Below are positions 62,448-64,000 of a stretch of DNA of 64,000 nt, in pieces. The notes below the pieces were generated by a model. It saw nothing but the letters and a program-made list of their open reading frames with translations. It had not been told where the DNA came from and did not search any database. Source of the DNA: Macrostomum lignano. Taxonomy: Eukaryota. Made by a program: the position numbers and the translations under genes. Every line of letters begins with the position of its first letter. The stretch's first letter is position 1. The DNA lies in contig NIVC01001623.1 in the NCBI GenBank assembly GCA_002269645.1, forward strand, positions 62,001 through 126,000, written 5' to 3'.

Positions 62448-64000
62448 ACTCGCAACCTGCGTACAAGTCTATTGACCGCATGTACAAGTCTTGGGATTAT
62501 ATGTACAACTGTATGTACAAGCCTTCTCTGTACAAGTCTATGGGAAACCTGTGTACAAGTCTATGGGGAACTTGTGTACAAGTCTAAGTAGAACGTGGGC
62601 AAGTCTCAGCCAGTCTCATGTGTACGTGTCCAATTGGCGATGTACTTAAGTCTACGCACAAGTCTATAGGCAATTTTAGGCATCAGAAGATAAGCGTACA
62701 AGTCAATAGAAATTCTGTGTGCGAGTTAATTGAATTCTTCACAATCGGTTAATAGGGTCATTGGATAGCGAGGCAGAGGCAGCTCCCTACTCTTACCTCG
62801 TGACCCCGTATTTAAGAATAAATATTGCATCTGACGGACTCCCCCCCCCGGAACCAACAGCCGTCACTACGCTGCAATTACAGATAAAGGAGAGAGGCCG
62901 GTGTTTGGGAAAATTCTCATGATTCGCCTCTAGATTTGTTTATTTGACCTGAAGAGTCGAAGAAGCGGCCTGACTGATGGATGGCCCAGCAGGCACCGCG
63001 ACTTCCCCGGTCACCTCAGAGCCACCCCCTTGGACACAGCAGCCTCGCCTCCCCGTCTCCTATCGCTACTTCACCTTCAGCCACAAACTGTTTCAAAGCC
63101 TTTTCCTGCAGAGCGGCAAGGCGGCAGTTTGCTATTCGGAACCCCTTGCTACTCCGCCGGGAACTCCGATATGCAGAAGCCCGGATCACCCGGGGCCTGA
63201 TGATGTATCGAATCTGGAAACCTGGGATCCGCCATCCATATTTCGAATCTTTGCTTTAAACTGCAAACCCTCGCTTCGCTTGTAACTTTTCCCTCCTAAC
63301 CCTTGCGCGCCAGTTCTCTGCTCGAGAACTCATCGCCCAGCTGCTCAGCTGGAGAAATACAACTCAATGCTGTGCTAAAATTTTACGGCACTCATTAAGA
63401 AGAACCGAATTTTCCAGCCATAATTACTGACAGGTGTGCATTTCTTTCTTTGTCTTTGTCAGGTCTCGGACCGGATCTGGGACCGGATCTCGGGTTCAAA
63501 AAACGACTTTTTCTCAATATAATTAGCGGCCGACCGCTCGTGTTCCGGCGGCCGCTCTTTGGCGAACTCCCGGGCAGTCGGCAATCGAGGTGGGCGCCGC
63601 GTCTCCGCTCGAGTTCAGAAAGCTGCTGCTGCTCGAGTCGCCACGCAGGCAATGGCAAGTCCGCCCCCCCCCCCTAATTAATCACAAAAGACCCCCTTGC
63701 CCTCTATCTTGCTCAGCTCGCTCCCTCGCTCTTGTCTAGCGCAGAGGCCTTGGAGTCGTTCTCTCAGAGTCTCATCAATCTGACGTCCCCTCTCTGCAGC
63801 CTGTGTGCAAGGAGCTCTGCGGCATGTAGCTGAGGGGACGGGAGGGGGCAGTGGAGGCAAGAGCGCGGAGCCGCAATCCCATTTCCTGATCTGCAGGCGA
63901 TCCGGAGAGCCGGGACAGCGGGAGCCCCCGCGGCGCCCGCCCCGCCTCACAAGCCGTCAGCCCGTCAAGCATTGAAAGCTCAGCAGCAGCTGAGCAGGCA

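Noticed and set aside
62977-63972. Short ORFs at the right edge of the window
   Set aside because: No motifs or consistent splice pattern; may be the start of a feature outside the window.

Overview
Eukaryotic (animal) genomic DNA. GC3-rich exons, short introns and more than 20 unrelated minisatellites resemble a free-living flatworm such as Macrostomum; this assignment is inference only. I reconstructed gene models by hand from GT-AG sites with matching phases. They are: a type I membrane protein with a 30x 11-aa Cys-containing tail (1004-7617 +); two divergently oriented secreted PAN/apple + ALK/LTK-type glycine-rich domain paralogs (16673-18763 -, 26221-27775 +); a class I SAM methyltransferase, possibly frameshifted (21143-21785 -); intronless PP1 inhibitor-2 (31474-32070 -); a full-architecture KDM4 histone demethylase (48090-54855 +); and a PDZ-ZM-LIM protein (59391-62447 +). 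Mobile DNA includes three tRNA-headed SINEs, a decayed mariner, nested non-autonomous DNA transposons, and a 4.9-kb element (14-bp TIR, 8-bp TSD) with a sister 297-bp MITE. The strongest leads are four: (1) reverse-complementary minisatellites in the two introns flanking the in-frame PZP exon of KDM4; (2) near-exclusive C>T/G>A decay of the mariner inside sharply bounded CpG-depleted patches; (3) a satellite apparently born from a transposon subterminal motif; (4) minisatellites made of amplified splice sites. Repeat boundaries and copy numbers are hand estimates, and no database search was run.
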